64,000 nt of DNA, from positions 22,692,001 to 22,756,000 of the forward strand of contig OX597827.1 of NCBI GenBank assembly GCA_951406725.2, written 5' to 3'. Positions within the stretch are counted from its first letter, which is position 1. Each line of letters opens with the position of its first letter. Of the stretch, positions 46,226-60,037 are shown one piece after another. The notes below the pieces were generated by a model. It ran no database searches. It saw only the letters and a list, made by a program, of their open reading frames with translations, and was not told where the DNA came from. Made by a program: the position numbers and the translations under genes. The stretch comes from Octopus vulgaris. Lineage: Eukaryota.

Positions 46226-46812
46226 ATATTGTTTGGGGATCATATATCTCAGGGCAGCAATTTTGTTTGGGGATCAGATGCCTCTGGGCAGCAATTTTGT
46301 TTGGGGATCAGATGCCTCTGGGCAGCAATTTTGTTTGGGGATCAGATGCCTCTGGGCAGCAATTTTGTTTGGGAATCAGATACCTCAGGGCAACAATTTT
46401 GTTTGGGGATCAGATGCCTCTGGGCAGCAGTTTTGTTTGGGGATCAGATGCCTCTGGGCAGTAATTTTTTGGGGGGATCAGATGCCTCAGGGTAGCAATT
46501 TTGTTTGGGGATCAGATGCCTCTGAGCAGCAGTTTTGTTTGGGGATCAGATGCCTCTGGGCAGCAGTTTTGTTTGGGGATCAGATGCCTCTGGGTAGCAA
46601 TTTTTTGGGGGGATCAGATGCCTCAGGGTAGCAATTTTGTTTGGGGATCAGATGCCTCTAGGCAGCAATTTTTTGGGGGGATCAGATGCCTCAGGGTAGC
46701 AATTTTGTTTGGGGATCAGATGCCTCTGGGCAGCAATTTTGTTTGGAGATCAGATGCCTCAGGGCAGCAATTTTTTGTGGGGATCAGATGCCTCAGAGTA
46801 GCAATTTTGTTT
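46226..46812. repeat. 34-bp minisatellite, about 17 copies
   Basis: Unit GGGCAGCAATTTTGTTTGGGGATCAGATGCCTCT, followed by a 19-bp repeat GATGAAATCCTTTCTCTCA x2.5 (46817-46863). Confidence 0.95.
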
Positions 46813-47949
46813 TTTGATGAAATCCTTTCTCTCAGATGAAATCCTTTCTCTCAGATGAAATCCATGGAACAGGAAGTGATTGTCAGTTTCTTCATATTGA
46901 GACAATTCTCCAAGAAGCAAAATTTCTTCCTTCAAATCATGAACCAGATTATTTTCTCTTTCAAATGTTTTCTGTGTTTCTTGTTTTTTTTTCTCTTTTT
47001 CTTTTTAACGTAAAATTGAAATCCATGAACAATTAACGAAACTGAAATGTTTGAAAAGTTGTGCAATATATTCCTTATATCAAGATTAAAAGGAAGCAAA
47101 ACAAGATTGTAAATGAGGCGAAATGATACATGGCAAAATATAAGAAAAAGAACTTATTTTAGACAAAAGGCTCAGCAGCCCCCTGCAGAATGCTACACCA
47201 AAAGACTGCCCAGTAGATGGCTTTTTCAATTTCTTTATTGCCCACAGGGGGCTAAACATGGACAAACAAGGACAGACAGGGGACAAACAAGGACAGACAA
47301 AGGGATTAAGTCGATCACATCAACCCCAGTGCATAACTGGTACTTATTTAATTGACCCCGAAAGGATGAAAGGCTAAGTCGACCTCGGCGGAAATTGAAC
47401 TCAGAACGTAACAGCAGACGAAGTACTACTGAGCGTTTCGCCCAGCATGCTAATGTTTCTGCCACTGGGTGGCTTTTTGGCCAGTGTGTGTGTGTGTGAG
47501 AGAGAGAGAGAGTTTGAATGCTGTAAAGTGGTTGATGTTCATTTGGGCATCCAGCCATAGAAACCATGCCAAAGATGATACATTGGAACAAGACATCATC
47601 CTCCAATTCACTAGATTCTGTTGAGCTGACCAACCCTGGCCAGCACCAAAAAACCAACAAATTTATTTGTTGATGTGATTGTGTTTCACTAATTAAAATA
47701 ACGAGGCCAACAAAAGGTGTTTTGTTTCATCCTTCTCAAACGAAACAAAACTTCTTTTGTTGGACTCACTGTTTAAATAAAACCAAAATACTCTCAAAAT
47801 TGATACTTGTAGTACTTTATTGTAATTATTGTAAGTGGCTCTTCCCATATTACTTTGAATAGGTAACCAAAGAGTAATATATATTTATGTCAATGTGTGT
47901 TTAAATACTTCTAATGTTAACAATAATTTTATCATACAATCCCATGCAT

Positions 47950-48012
<63 letters not shown>

Positions 48013-48051
48013 ATACAAACACAGACAAACTTACCTATACACACATAATTG

Positions 48052-48128
<77 letters not shown>

Positions 48129-51100
48129 ATACACCCAACAGTTTTTCCTCTCATTGTTCCACAAAGCCGTACCTCACAAGCCACAGCTCACAAGCTTCAG
48201 CTCTCAAAATCCCCACAGCTCATATCCTTGACACAGATGTTAAGTGCAACAATAAGAAGCTTTTCAACTTCTAAGAGCTTACAAACCAACAACTTTATAT
48301 AATGAGGTTAGATTCAGCTTTCAGAAAACAAGCAACAGGTGATTTTTTTTTTTTTTTACAAGTCATTTCCAGTCTGTCTTTGTGGTCTGAAGTATGTGTA
48401 TAGGTTGGTGTTGATGTTGGTGTGGTTGTTATTCATGATGATGATGATGATGATGACAACAATGTCTCTGTTGCTTTTGTTGTTGTTTATGCTGCTGCTG
48501 CTGTTTTTGATGTTGTTCTGTAGTTACAAGCCTGTTTCCATTCATGACCATCCTGCCTTGTTTTTATTTTTTACATGTATATGTGTGTGGAGCCACATTA
48601 TTCGATGCATCCTTCAGATGCAGTGAGACTCCATTATCCAAAGTATACTTCATATTTCTTTATTGCCCACAAGGGGCTAAACACAGAGGGGACAAACAAG
48701 GACAGACAAACGGATTAAGTCGATTATATCGACCCCAGTGCGAAACTGGTACTTATTTAATCGACCCCGAAAGGATGATAGGCAAAGTCGACCTCGACGG
48801 AATTTGAACTCAGAATGTAGCAACAGACAAAATACTTATTTCTTTACTACCCACAAGGGGCTAAACACAGAGGGGACAAACAAGGACAGACAAACCGATT
48901 AAGTCGATTACATCGACCCCAGTGCATAACTGGTACTTAATTTATCGACCCCGAAAGGATGAAAGGCAAAGTCGACCTCAGCGGAATTTGAACTCAGAAA
49001 GTAACGGCAGACGAAATGCCACTAAGCATTTCACCCAGCGTGCTAACGTTTCTGCCAGTTCGCCACTTCCAATGTATATTTCTGCCACAGTGCATCTAGG
49101 ATTACATTATCCAATGTGTCCTTCAGATGTTGTGCATTTGGGAATATATAACCCAATCTGTCCTTCAATCATAGTGTATCTAGAAATATATTATTACAGC
49201 ATGTCATTCTGATATAGTGTATCAAGGACTACACTAGGCAATGTGTCCTTTAGGCACAGTGTATCTAGGACTACACTAGCCAATGAGACATAATGTTATA
49301 GCTAGGATAATGTATAACAAGATCTTCAGAAGGATAACCCCAAGGACAAAGAAATAAGAACCCAAAGTATGGTGGAAGCCATAGCCACTCGTAATAAAAA
49401 GGAGTACTGGTGGAATGTCCTAGTGAAGACCTCAATAAAATGTAAGCACAACATACCTGATATAACTGATTTGAGATTGAGAAGAGAAACTGCAGAGTTG
49501 TAGAAATTAGCTGCCCAGTGGATGTTAACATAAAGCTGAAGAGCAATGAAAAAGAGAACACCTGAACTATTGGGAAAGCTGCAAATAATCCATCCAGATT
49601 ACAAGTTCAGGTTTATTCCTGTAATTATGGGGCCCTGGGATATGTAACACACTACCTAACTACCAATCTTTAAAATTTAGGCTTCTCAAAACCAGAAAGG
49701 AGAAAGCTGATTGGAAGACTACAGATCCAATCCATCACTGGAACTGTAAAAATCTGTAAAACTTTCCAGAAGTTTATCATTTAAATATATATGAGCATGT
49801 CTAGATATGCAACTATATGCATGAGAGTACATACATAAAGCAAAACATACAAATCTGCACATCTACATACAAAAATACCTACCCTGTTGATGTTGTTGAA
49901 ATTCCAACGAAGAAACCTTGGATCTAGGTTAGAAACCAGCTCTTTCTCTATTGGCAAGAAATCTTGAAATAAACTGAATAATGACATACATGCATGTATA
50001 CATGCATGCATGCATACATATTCATGCATAAATACATACGCACATACATATTCATGCATACATGTACATACATACATACTTACATACATATATACATACA
50101 TACATCCATATAAACAAAAATACCCTGTTGGTGTTGAAATTCCAATGAAGGAGCTTTGGATCTAGGTTAAAAACCAGTTCATTCTCTATTGGCAAGAAAT
50201 CTTGAAATAAACTGAATAATAATATACATACATAGATAAGTATGATTTGAGGGATATTTAGCTGTTCAGTTTCAATGCATTGCTCTAGGAATATATAACA
50301 ATTCCAATTTCCAGCATTGACTGAGTCTGACAGAAATTTTTTTAAAATCTCAATTTTCAAACATTTGTAACTTTTATATGATTCATCTGTCTGAAAAAAA
50401 AATGGTTAGGATTTTTGTAACTAGCTTTAAAAACTAAACTACATCTTGTAAAAATTTTCCAAAAAGTCAGATTTAGTGTGCCAAACTGAAAATCACAAAA
50501 GTGTTTTATTCAAGAGGAGTGAAACAAAACACTTTTTATTGGACTCACTATTTTATTAATACAAACACACATGAATATATAATCATCATTTTAGGTCTAT
50601 TTTCCATACTGATATGGGCTGGATGGATTGACAGAATCCAGTAATGTGGAGGAGTATGTCTTACTCCAATGTTTCATTTTTGGTTTCTATGGCTGGACGC
50701 CCTTCTTAACATCAATCACTTTACAGCATATCTGGGGGAAATTTTATTGTTGCACCAGCATTACAGAGGATACCTTGCTCTCAGAAGAGCCCTCTTGATC
50801 CTTGTGTTGTTGCTCCTTGAATCAATTACTTACCACCTACAGAGTGTACTGGGTACTTTTTGTGACACCAACACCATTAGAGTTGCCTTGCAGCTTGCAA
50901 AAAAAAGAGAGCCCCCATGATGCAAGGAAAAAATGTGAGGGGATGGTATGAGAAATAGCAGAGGAAACTGTTAGGGTGGGAGTAGTGAAAACAGAAGAGA
51001 GGGGAGGGGGATTTAGTAATGTCAAAGGTTAGCAGCGAGTGAGAGGATAATGGTTATAAGGTGGGTTGAATAGATGGACCCAGTGATGGGTTGGGTCAAT

Positions 51101-51830
51101 TTGTTTGCTATGCCAGCATTTGTTGGCTGTTTTCACCAAGGTCCAGGTCTGTTTTTATTGAAGTTATACATATTTATTGTTGAGAGAGACAGGAGGGAAA
51201 TTAAGAGAGGGAAGGTGAACAATTGGAGGGGAAAGAGAAAAAAGTATCAGAAGATTAGTGAGAGTCAGAGAGTGAGTGATAAGGGCAATGGGGAGGTTGA
51301 GTAGGAGGCACATTACAGGTGGGTGAGTAAAGCAATGCAGAGAGGAGAGAGATGATAATGGGAGACCATAGTGTATTGTCAAGGTAACATGTTGAAATGA
51401 GCATAATGACCTGAGAATCAGGAAAGGAGAGTAAAGGTTGCCAGAATGCAATCCCTCCCCACAGAAGCATCAAGATTTGAAAGGAAAGAAAAAGAAGTGG
51501 GGGCAGGATATAGGTGGGGAAAGTATGGGGACGAGAGATCTTCAATACGCACAAATTGAGTATTTAGATATGGTGGCATGGTACAGTGAATAAAAATGAT
51601 GGGGAGATGAGCAGGTACAGAACAGGTGATGTAGGGATACGAGCAAGGCTGTCTTAACGGCATTATAGGTCCCTGGGCAAATCAGTGCATTGGGCCTTAA
51701 GGTATTTATTGATAGCAAACCACAACATACATAGATCAGAATCAGGCCCCTAGACCTTTGAGGCCAGTAGGCAACTGCCCTGTGTGCCCATGCTATAAGA
51801 TGGCACTTGATGTGAGGGTTTAGATTAAGT

Positions 51831-52513
51831 CAGTAGTTCTCAGCCAGGGTCCATATGATCCTTAGGTTATCCATAGAAGATTTTTTTTTAATTAAATTTT
51901 ATCTGCAATAAATTGTTCATACTTCTACAGTATACAAAATATTTTAACAGTTTTTTTTTTTAAATACAATCTCTAATAATATTTAATGATAAAAATATAA
52001 AGGGATTTTTTAAAAATATCAATTGAGGGTCCAGTAGGATAACTTAGGGATCTTTTCGGTTTGAACGGCAGTTTTTTCTAGCGATGTTATATGAAATTGT
52101 CACCCATGATTATGACCCTAGTATCGATCTATTGCATTTCAATCTGTTTTAGGGTTAGGGTTAGGGGTGAGGGGAAGGGTATCTTTTTTTCTTCACAAAT
52201 GTAAATAAACCCAATCTGTTTCTTAAACGAGGGACATATTCATACGGCACAGAATGTTTTTTTATCTCAATAGACGTAATTGATTGGTTGAAATTGCAGA
52301 AATTGAAGAAAAAAACAACAAATATCTTACAAACTATAGAATTTTCTCAATAAAGCCAAGAGAAAAAGATGTTTTATAAACACATTCTACCAGTATACGA
52401 AGTTTTAAATTTTTTAGTTACCTAGAAATTATGTTAAAAACTGCCGTTCAAACCGAAAAGATCCTAACTTAGGAATCAAATAAATAAAAAAAAAAAATGT
52501 TTGTAAACCGCTG
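51831..52513. mobile_element. Non-autonomous hAT (Charlie-like) element
   Basis: Ends CAGTAGTTCTCAGCC / TGTTTGTAAACCGCTG, 8-bp TSD gattaagt/gattaagc. Confidence 0.65.
52048..52464 (+). mobile_element. Same MITE family, nested in a hAT element
   Basis: Same TIRs, TSD taacttag. Confidence 0.85.
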
Positions 52514-53131
52514 GATTAAGCAAAAGAAAAGAAGGTTGCCTGTACAAATATTGAAGGTTAAGCGCATGCGTGTACTCTTCCATTATTGTAACAAGTATTT
52601 TGCTGAGCGAAATTATGTCATGTGGTATGTCATCATCTTACCTGATGATATAAACAACATTGTTTACACTCGCCTTCTCGGCTCACTCCTATTTCGTCCT
52701 CCCACCTCAACTGCTCACACTATTACTCTACACTTGTTTACCAAAGAGGCTTTAACACACCAACAATAAACAACACGGTTCTTGTTTCGGGCGCACCCCA
52801 CCCCACCCCACCTCACCCCACCGCCAGTCGTCAAACTACCCAACTCCGCTACCACTGACACCAATTACCTCTACTCACTAATTATTTACACTTTTACTCC
52901 CCACCACCACACTAATGGTTGTTAATCTATACGTGTTCTATTGATTATAGAGTCTTGATGAGGGGGAGAAGAGGAAAAGGCGGTGAGGTCGCCCTACATT
53001 TCAACATATATATATATATATAAATTTAAAATGAGGGTGAAAAATTAGATATTAATTTAATTAACATCGATTTCACACCAGTTGTCTAGCATATAAAAAA
53101 ACTAAGGTTCAGTAAAATTGTATTATATACA

Positions 53132-53195
<64 letters not shown>

Positions 53196-53859
53196 TTGGA
53201 TATGATGTACAGGCATTTTATATTAGAAAAAATGAGGTACTCAGAAATTCGGATGGTTTTATATTTACAGATATTTATTTGTATATTACATGTTTTTATA
53301 CATCATATATCATATATTAGCGCTTTCGCTATATATATATTTGATATCTTTTGTTGCCTTCAACCTCCAGCATACGGTCTCCTGCCTCAAGTCACCTTTC
53401 ACTGCTTACCTCGGGTCTTCTTATTCCGCTGATAGGATTTGGGTCAACGCATGCGGGATTGTTTTGTGTGTGTGTGTGTGTTTGTGTAGTGCGCTCGCAT
53501 ATGGGAAGATGAGCGTATGTGTGTGTGCGTGTGTAGGTCTGTGCATGTCTGTGCGCGTGTGCGCATAGAAAAAGAGAGAAAAATGTATATACATGTATGT
53601 GTATCTATGTTTCTGTGTATGCGTGTGTGTGTGTCGTGTTTCTGCTCCATCACCGCTTACTAGCCGGTGCTGGTTTGTTTACATCCTGGTAACATAACGG
53701 TTCGGCAAAATGGAATGATAGAATAAGTACCAATCTTTAAAAAAAAAGAGTTCTGAGTTCCATTTGTTCTACTGAAATTCCCTCAACGCGGTGCTCCAGC
53801 ATGGCCGCAGTTCAATGAATGAAAGAAGAAAAAATTAGAACGATGATTACATATATATC

Positions 53860-55040
53860 ACTATGACCTACAGTCAGACAGACACCGGAAAATATGGAAT
53901 TCAGAGCTGCCTACATTTAACAAGACCATATCTCAATGCTTTTGCATTGTCAGTGCTAGTACGAACATTTAAAACAATGGACTGGACACTTGACAAAACC
54001 TGCAGCCTGGACTGTCAGTCTAGACAGCCTTTCAATGTCGTATTGTATATCACTCAGACTACACCCGCTGAACAGTAAAAAAAATGAGGACATTCCATGC
54101 ATACATCTAGAAAATGAGAGCAGCAAGATCTTCAGAGTTGGAAATGAGCTACTGTACAGGTAGTGTGACAATGGAAATGTTACATGCGACCCAATGGAGG
54201 CTGGACTGGCCTACCTAAACAAAAGCTAGGAGGAGAAGCAAGCATCATGCCAATAAAAAGCAACGCATGGCTATATATCCGGTAAGCCAGAGAGCAACTT
54301 CGGCATTGACAGGAAAAGTATCTTCTCCTGGACCTGTGATAAAAAATATTATATTCCACCTCGAAGGATATACCTTCGCTATCCAGCAACAAGAGATAGC
54401 TACTAAATACCTGATAAACAAGAAGGACAAAGGTACCACGAAACCCCCACGTTGTGATGAAAAATGTCGATTCTGTTATACCAGTGTGGAAGTTTTCATT
54501 CACACCATCAGCAGCTGCTCCAACATGTCTACATGTAACCTGTCCCTGAGGCATATAGTTGCGAAGACTACAATGCTATCTGCAGGAAATACTGCCCCGA
54601 CTTATACTTCAAAGACACGTCAGAACCAGCATACATCCACACCTTTGAAAGCAAGGAATATTGGTGCAAACATAACAGCCCTGACAGAAATTCAGTGCAA
54701 GCATAACAGACTTGATATTGTTCTGTGGGGGCAGGGGACAAAAGTCAGGCACTGCTGTAGAGGTCAGTTGCCCAGCGGATGTCAATATACAGTCAAAAGT
54801 CCAAGAAAAAGAGAATATTTCTGGCGAATTAATACGGAGCTTACAGCTCTTGTACCCTGACTATGAACTCTCGTTTGTATCTATCATCAAAGGTGTATTA
54901 GGTTATATACCAACAAATTTGTACAAGGTCTAGAAATACTTAGTTTTTCGAAGAAAGAGCAATTGATGCGGGTTCTCCAAAATCCAAACTATTAACGGCA
55001 CAGCAGAAATTTGTGAGACATTCAAAAGATTTTCTTTCTG
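53860..55040 (+). mobile_element. Decayed non-LTR element with CCHC finger and restriction-like endonuclease (R4/NeSL-like)
   Basis: CRFC...HTISSC, HNRLDIVLW, VEVSCPAD...EK, frameshifted. Related fragments at about 49340-49780 (+) and, more weakly, 5450-5870 (-). Confidence 0.78.
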
Positions 55041-55955
55041 AGATTCTTATGTGAATAGACGCACATACTTGGGTGTATATATATCAACAGTTTAATCAAC
55101 GCACAACTTAACCACATATTTACAAACACCGGGAACTCTCTTAACACAAAAAGTCTTGTCACTTTAAGAGCGACCGGTTTGAACTCTCTTAAGAACTTAA
55201 ATAAAACTCAAAGAACACACACGCACAATTTTTTTTTCTCCCCCATCTTTTATTTGTTTCAGTCATTAGACTGCTGCTATGCCGACACAGCCTTGAAGAA
55301 TATTTGGTCGAGTGAAACGACCCCGGTACATTTTTAGGCCTGGTACCTATTCTATCGGTTTATTTTACCGAACCGCTAAGTTAAGGGGAAGTAAACACAC
55401 GAACACCGGTTGTCAAATAGCGTTGGGGACAAACACAAACACTAAGATACACACATGTAAATATATATGCGACGGGCTTCTTTCGGTTTCCGTCTACCAA
55501 ATCCACTGATAAAGCTTTAGTCGATCCGAGATTACAGTAGAAAATAGTCACTCAAGGTGGGACACAGTGGGACTGAACTCGGAACGATATAGTTAGGAAA
55601 CAAGCTTCTTACCACAAATGGTATCGACCAGACCATCGGATGCTGTTGTACACCGCTTGTCACGATGCCTATCGCATTTGTTTTAGCATTCAAACGATGA
55701 CACCTTCTGATTTGGTGAGCATACCAGCATTCCTCCCGAACGAAACGCCAGTCTGTTGCAGGGTTGGTACCCATTTACACCTGAGTGAACTGGAGTAACG
55801 TGTAATGAAGTGTTTTGCTCAAAAACGCAACACACAGTCGGCCTGGGAATTGGAACCAAGATCTATGAACTTCATCTTTCTTGTGTACAATGAGCGTCTT
55901 TCCTCTCTTCAGAGCTCCAAACGGTTAAGAAAGAACATGCTTTGGTCCTTGTTTA

Positions 55956-56461
55956 TCTATATATATAAAACTCTAGTTGTGTGAGTGTCTGTCCCCTTCG
56001 ATTTAGATTCCTAACTCCTCCCACATTTTGCGGTGCAGTTTAACCAAATTCGGGTATCTTATAGTCGTGATTCATATCGAGCCCGTCTGACTATTAGCGC
56101 GCGTCAACGATGAGTCTACGATTTTAAAAATAATTTAACATCATTTTTTATTCCATTTTAATGCATAAAATGCATCGTATGTCGATGGCGGCGGAGTTGG
56201 CGTCCACGCTCACAGCTGCACCTGTTTGCTTCTCCCCCTTCCCTCCCTCGTGAAGCTGTGGGGAAGGGAGTGTAAAGAAATCAACGTCGTAATGCGTTGT
56301 GAAGGAAACCAGCGTTCTTTTAGAACAACGACTTCATGGCTTGAAGACACCAAAACAAAAATGGCTAAGAAAGCCCGAATTTATAAGGGAAGTAACTCTC
56401 TAAAAATGCTTATATAGTTATTTCCCTTACAAACCCGAGCAACGCCGGGCGATACTGCTAG
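55956..56461 (+). mobile_element. Non-autonomous Helitron
   Basis: A|TCTATATATATAAAA ... CCCGAGCAACGCCGGG hairpin ... CTAG|T. Confidence 0.85.
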
Positions 56462-56896
56462 TTATTTATAAGAATTAAAGGAGGAAATCCATAAATCTCC
56501 ATCAAATATACGACACTGTGAATTCTGAGAATAAATCATTATTTATCGTAGAATCTAGAGATAACAAAATGTCTTTAAACTACAATACTTGGTTACATGT
56601 AACTTGAGAATGTTATTATGAAGTGAATTACATTACACACTGATAAGGACACAAAATGCTACCCTTTGACTGAGCTGTATGTCGTCAGTTTTTATTTGAT
56701 GCCATGGTTACGATTTCTTGTTGAGTTTTTCCCTCATAGAAGTTAAGTTTTAAATCCACAACTAAGACATTTTCAGTGCCAATCGAACATGACAAATTTA
56801 CTAACCGGACGGTATATCAGGACAGACTCTTCCAGTCGTCATTGTCCTCGCCAAACAGAGACAGACATACACACGCACACACACGCACACACACGC

Positions 56897-56952
<56 letters not shown>

Positions 56953-57514
56953 ACACACACACACAATTAACTAGTCAGAAAATCTCTCTAAGAGATGAAA
57001 GTAATAGCTATACTGAGAATTAATGTTGATTGCCACGTCAATATGGCTGATCCATAGCAATCGACATTACTACCGTTTTTAAGTCAGAGGAGGAGAAGCT
57101 TCCTTCCAATGGTTATCGATGCAGTCTGCACCCAATATATATCGCAAGCAGAGGAGCGAACCCCTACCATCTTCAGTACAGTTATTATTTTCATTTCTTA
57201 TGGAGATTTTATAACTGGCTACTTTGCTTGTTGCAAGATGAGTGACTGATTGTCGCTTAGTTTTCTATATATTGCGAGTTGGAGGGAATTACTGCTATTT
57301 CTAGCGAACAGGTGTCCCCAACTGACGAGGGACACAAATAGCCTGAAACCGTACCTTGTCTGCTGGAAGATGATAGGGGTTCGGTCCCCTGCTTGATATA
57401 TATATTGGGTGCAGATTGCATAGTTAACCCGCTGGAGGAGGCTCCTTCCGGGGTTAAAAATGGTAGTAACATCGATTCCTATAGAACAGCTGTAGTGATG
57501 TTGCGATAAACATT

Positions 57515-57561
<47 letters not shown>

Positions 57562-59106
57562 TAAAATACAAAATGGGACAAGAACGCAAAACATCCGGAC
57601 AACTAGGTGATTCAAAAGGGGACAACAAAACATCCAGATAGACGATACAAAAAAAACACGGACGGGTCATTCGAAGCCTTTTATCTTCAGTCAAGAACCG
57701 GATCATCCTCGCAATTTCGGCTGATTAATCTTGAGATTGTTCCAATCTGGCCAGCCCCAAGGAAAAACTAAGCTAAGAGCATTAGATTCCTTGGAAAAAG
57801 CATCGAATGTATATATACATACGTACGTACGTATGTATGTAAGTATGTATGTATGTATACATATAACAAGTAAAATAACAAGTAATGTATAGATTTGTGT
57901 ATTTTTTTTGTAAATAAATGTGTATGAAATAAATTACAATAGAATTGCCAGGGAGAACTGAGATACTTATCAATGATGGCCTAAAGACACATTGCCACCT
58001 GTCACAATAAAATAAATTCCATCAAGAGAACAAAATTACAGGGGTAAAAAAAAAACTTATTAAAAGAGTTCGAAAAAATTTTGTCTCTGATATTTAGGCG
58101 CGAAAATTAAAACTATTTTTTAAAACTTTTTTTGATTGTCAACGCCATTCAAAACTAACGTCAAAAATGATTGATTGGAAAAACGTCAATAAGCGTTTTG
58201 ACAAAGTTCAAGGACATAGCCGAGTTAGTTCTAAGCAACATTACTACGTATGGTAATGTTAATCGCAAGCATATTTAATTGTAAACGTAGATGTTCTAAG
58301 TTCAAATTCGAAATAGCTATCAGTTCCACACACACATATAGTGTTTGTGTATCTCTGGTTACCTGTCTATTTATCTGTGTACTACCTACCTATTTACCAT
58401 TTTGCACCCCTTCTCTGGCTTTCAAACAAAAATGCTAATTGATATGGCGACTGACTGCTTAGTTGTTAAAGGGTCTGTGTACAGACATTACAATAGAATT
58501 GCCAGGGAGAATTGAGATACTTATCAATGATGGCCTAAAGACACATTGCCACCTGTCACAATAAAATAAATTCCTCCAAGAGAACAAAATTACAGGGGTA
58601 AAAAATGCTATTTAGTTCGTTTGTTAAGTCCTAAGTAAATGTAACAACATACGAACATACAACCATTTCTTATTATAAGATACATTTTCTCTACAATTGC
58701 CTGTGCAATTAAACGTATACTGTTTCGCCCAGAGGCAAAATGAATATTTTGCTGGGTTCTCTGTTTACGATTAAATTTGTTGACTCTCAGACTTGTTTCA
58801 CTTTATTATTCTAAGTGACCACCAAGTACGTAAGAACTAATCTCTTTCAAGAATAAATATGTGTGTGTGTGTCATTGTGTTATATTGGCTCCCAGCCATT
58901 TGATAGCCGGTATTGGTTTGTTTACATCACAGTAACTTAGAAATTCCTCAAAGAGACTGAAAGAATAAGAACCAGGCTTTAATAAAATAGTACTCGGGAC
59001 GATTTGCTCGATAAACTTTTCAAAGCGGTTCCCCAGCATGGCCACAGTCGGATGACTGAAACAGGGAAAAGATAGCGAATTATCGAATATATATGTATGT
59101 ATATAA

Positions 59107-59485
59107 GAGTGGCTGTGTGGTAAGAAGCTTGCTTCCCAACCACATGGTTCCGGGTTCAGTCCCACAGCGTGGCACCTTGGGTAACTCGGGCCGACCAAAG
59201 CCTTGTGAATGGATTTGGTAGAAGAAAACTGATAGAAGCCCGTCGTATATATATTTGTGTGTGTGTGTGTTTGTGTGTGTATTTGTCCCACCCACCATCG
59301 CTTTGACAACCGATATTGGTGTGTTTACGCCCTCGTTACTTAGCGGCTCGGCAAAATAGGCCGATAGAATAAGTACTAGGCTTACAAAGAATAAGTCCTG
59401 GGGTCGATTTGCTCAACTAAAAGTGGTGCTCCAGCATGGTCGCAGTCAAATGACTGAAACAATTAAAAAAGTAAAGAGTAAAAAG
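59107..59485 (+). mobile_element. tRNA-derived CORE-type SINE with internal microsatellite, representative copy
   Basis: A box TGGCTGTGTGG, B box GGTTCAGTCCC. Copies at about 16860-17220, 22325-22700, 24680-24955(-), 42485-42918(-), 43795-43960, 44490-44700, 53640-53830, 55245-55615(-), 58880-59070. Confidence 0.8.
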
Positions 59486-59636
59486 AATGTGTGTATGTGT
59501 ATATATGTATGTATATATTGTTATATTTCGGAATGGTCATTATGCCAGTTTAGCCAATAAAAACACATGCACTATATATTTGGTGTTATTTTGCTTCAGT
59601 GTTATTTATTTTTTTACATTAATCTTAATCTTATTT

Positions 59637-59682
59637 CGGCCAGAGTTCTTTCGTCACACTCCTGTGACTGCATCAGTGGTCC
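59637..59682 (-). ncRNA. Hammerhead motif in the PLE terminal repeat (mutated sister copy 61732-61774 +)
   Basis: GGACCA-CTGATGCA-GTCACA.GGAG.TGTGAC-GAAAG-AA-CTC^-TGGCC. Confidence 0.6.
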
Positions 59683-60037
59683 TTTGTTTTCTTCTTTCTT
59701 ATTTGTGTCTCTCCTTACTAACCGTCAGCCATTTTGTATTTTTAATGTATGTCTTCATTGCGTCTATGTTTATTTAGTGTGTGTATGTGGGGGATGCCTG
59801 TAATATTTGTATCTTCTGTTTATATACGTTCATGTATTTATGGTATTTATGGCTATCATACCAAGAGTTGGCCTTCCCTATTTTCTTTTTTGTCCTTTCT
59901 ATAGTGTTCCATGACTTGTTCCTATAGAGTGGGCAAATCCCATTCCTATCATTACATAATATATTATCAAATTTCTTCATGGCTCCTTTGTATACTCTGA
60001 TCCTTTCTTTATGGTTCTAACCTGAGAACTGCATGCG

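Noticed and set aside
46226-46812. CRISPR-like array or repeat-protein ORFs
   Set aside because: Units are contiguous with no unique spacers and there are no cas genes. The 34-bp unit cycles through all three frames, so the ORFs are artefacts.
50465-50591. C/D box snoRNA on the minus strand
   Set aside because: The apparent C box is the (GAT)n tail of an RTE-tail SINE, and no guide complementarity was recognised.
52148-52170. Interstitial telomere (TTAGGG repeats)
   Set aside because: Only 2-3 units, and they are an internal part of the MITE in every copy.
57640-57740. Hammerhead in the 57560-57810 repeat
   Set aside because: CTGAAGA is present, but GAAT replaces GAAA and the stems could not be closed convincingly.
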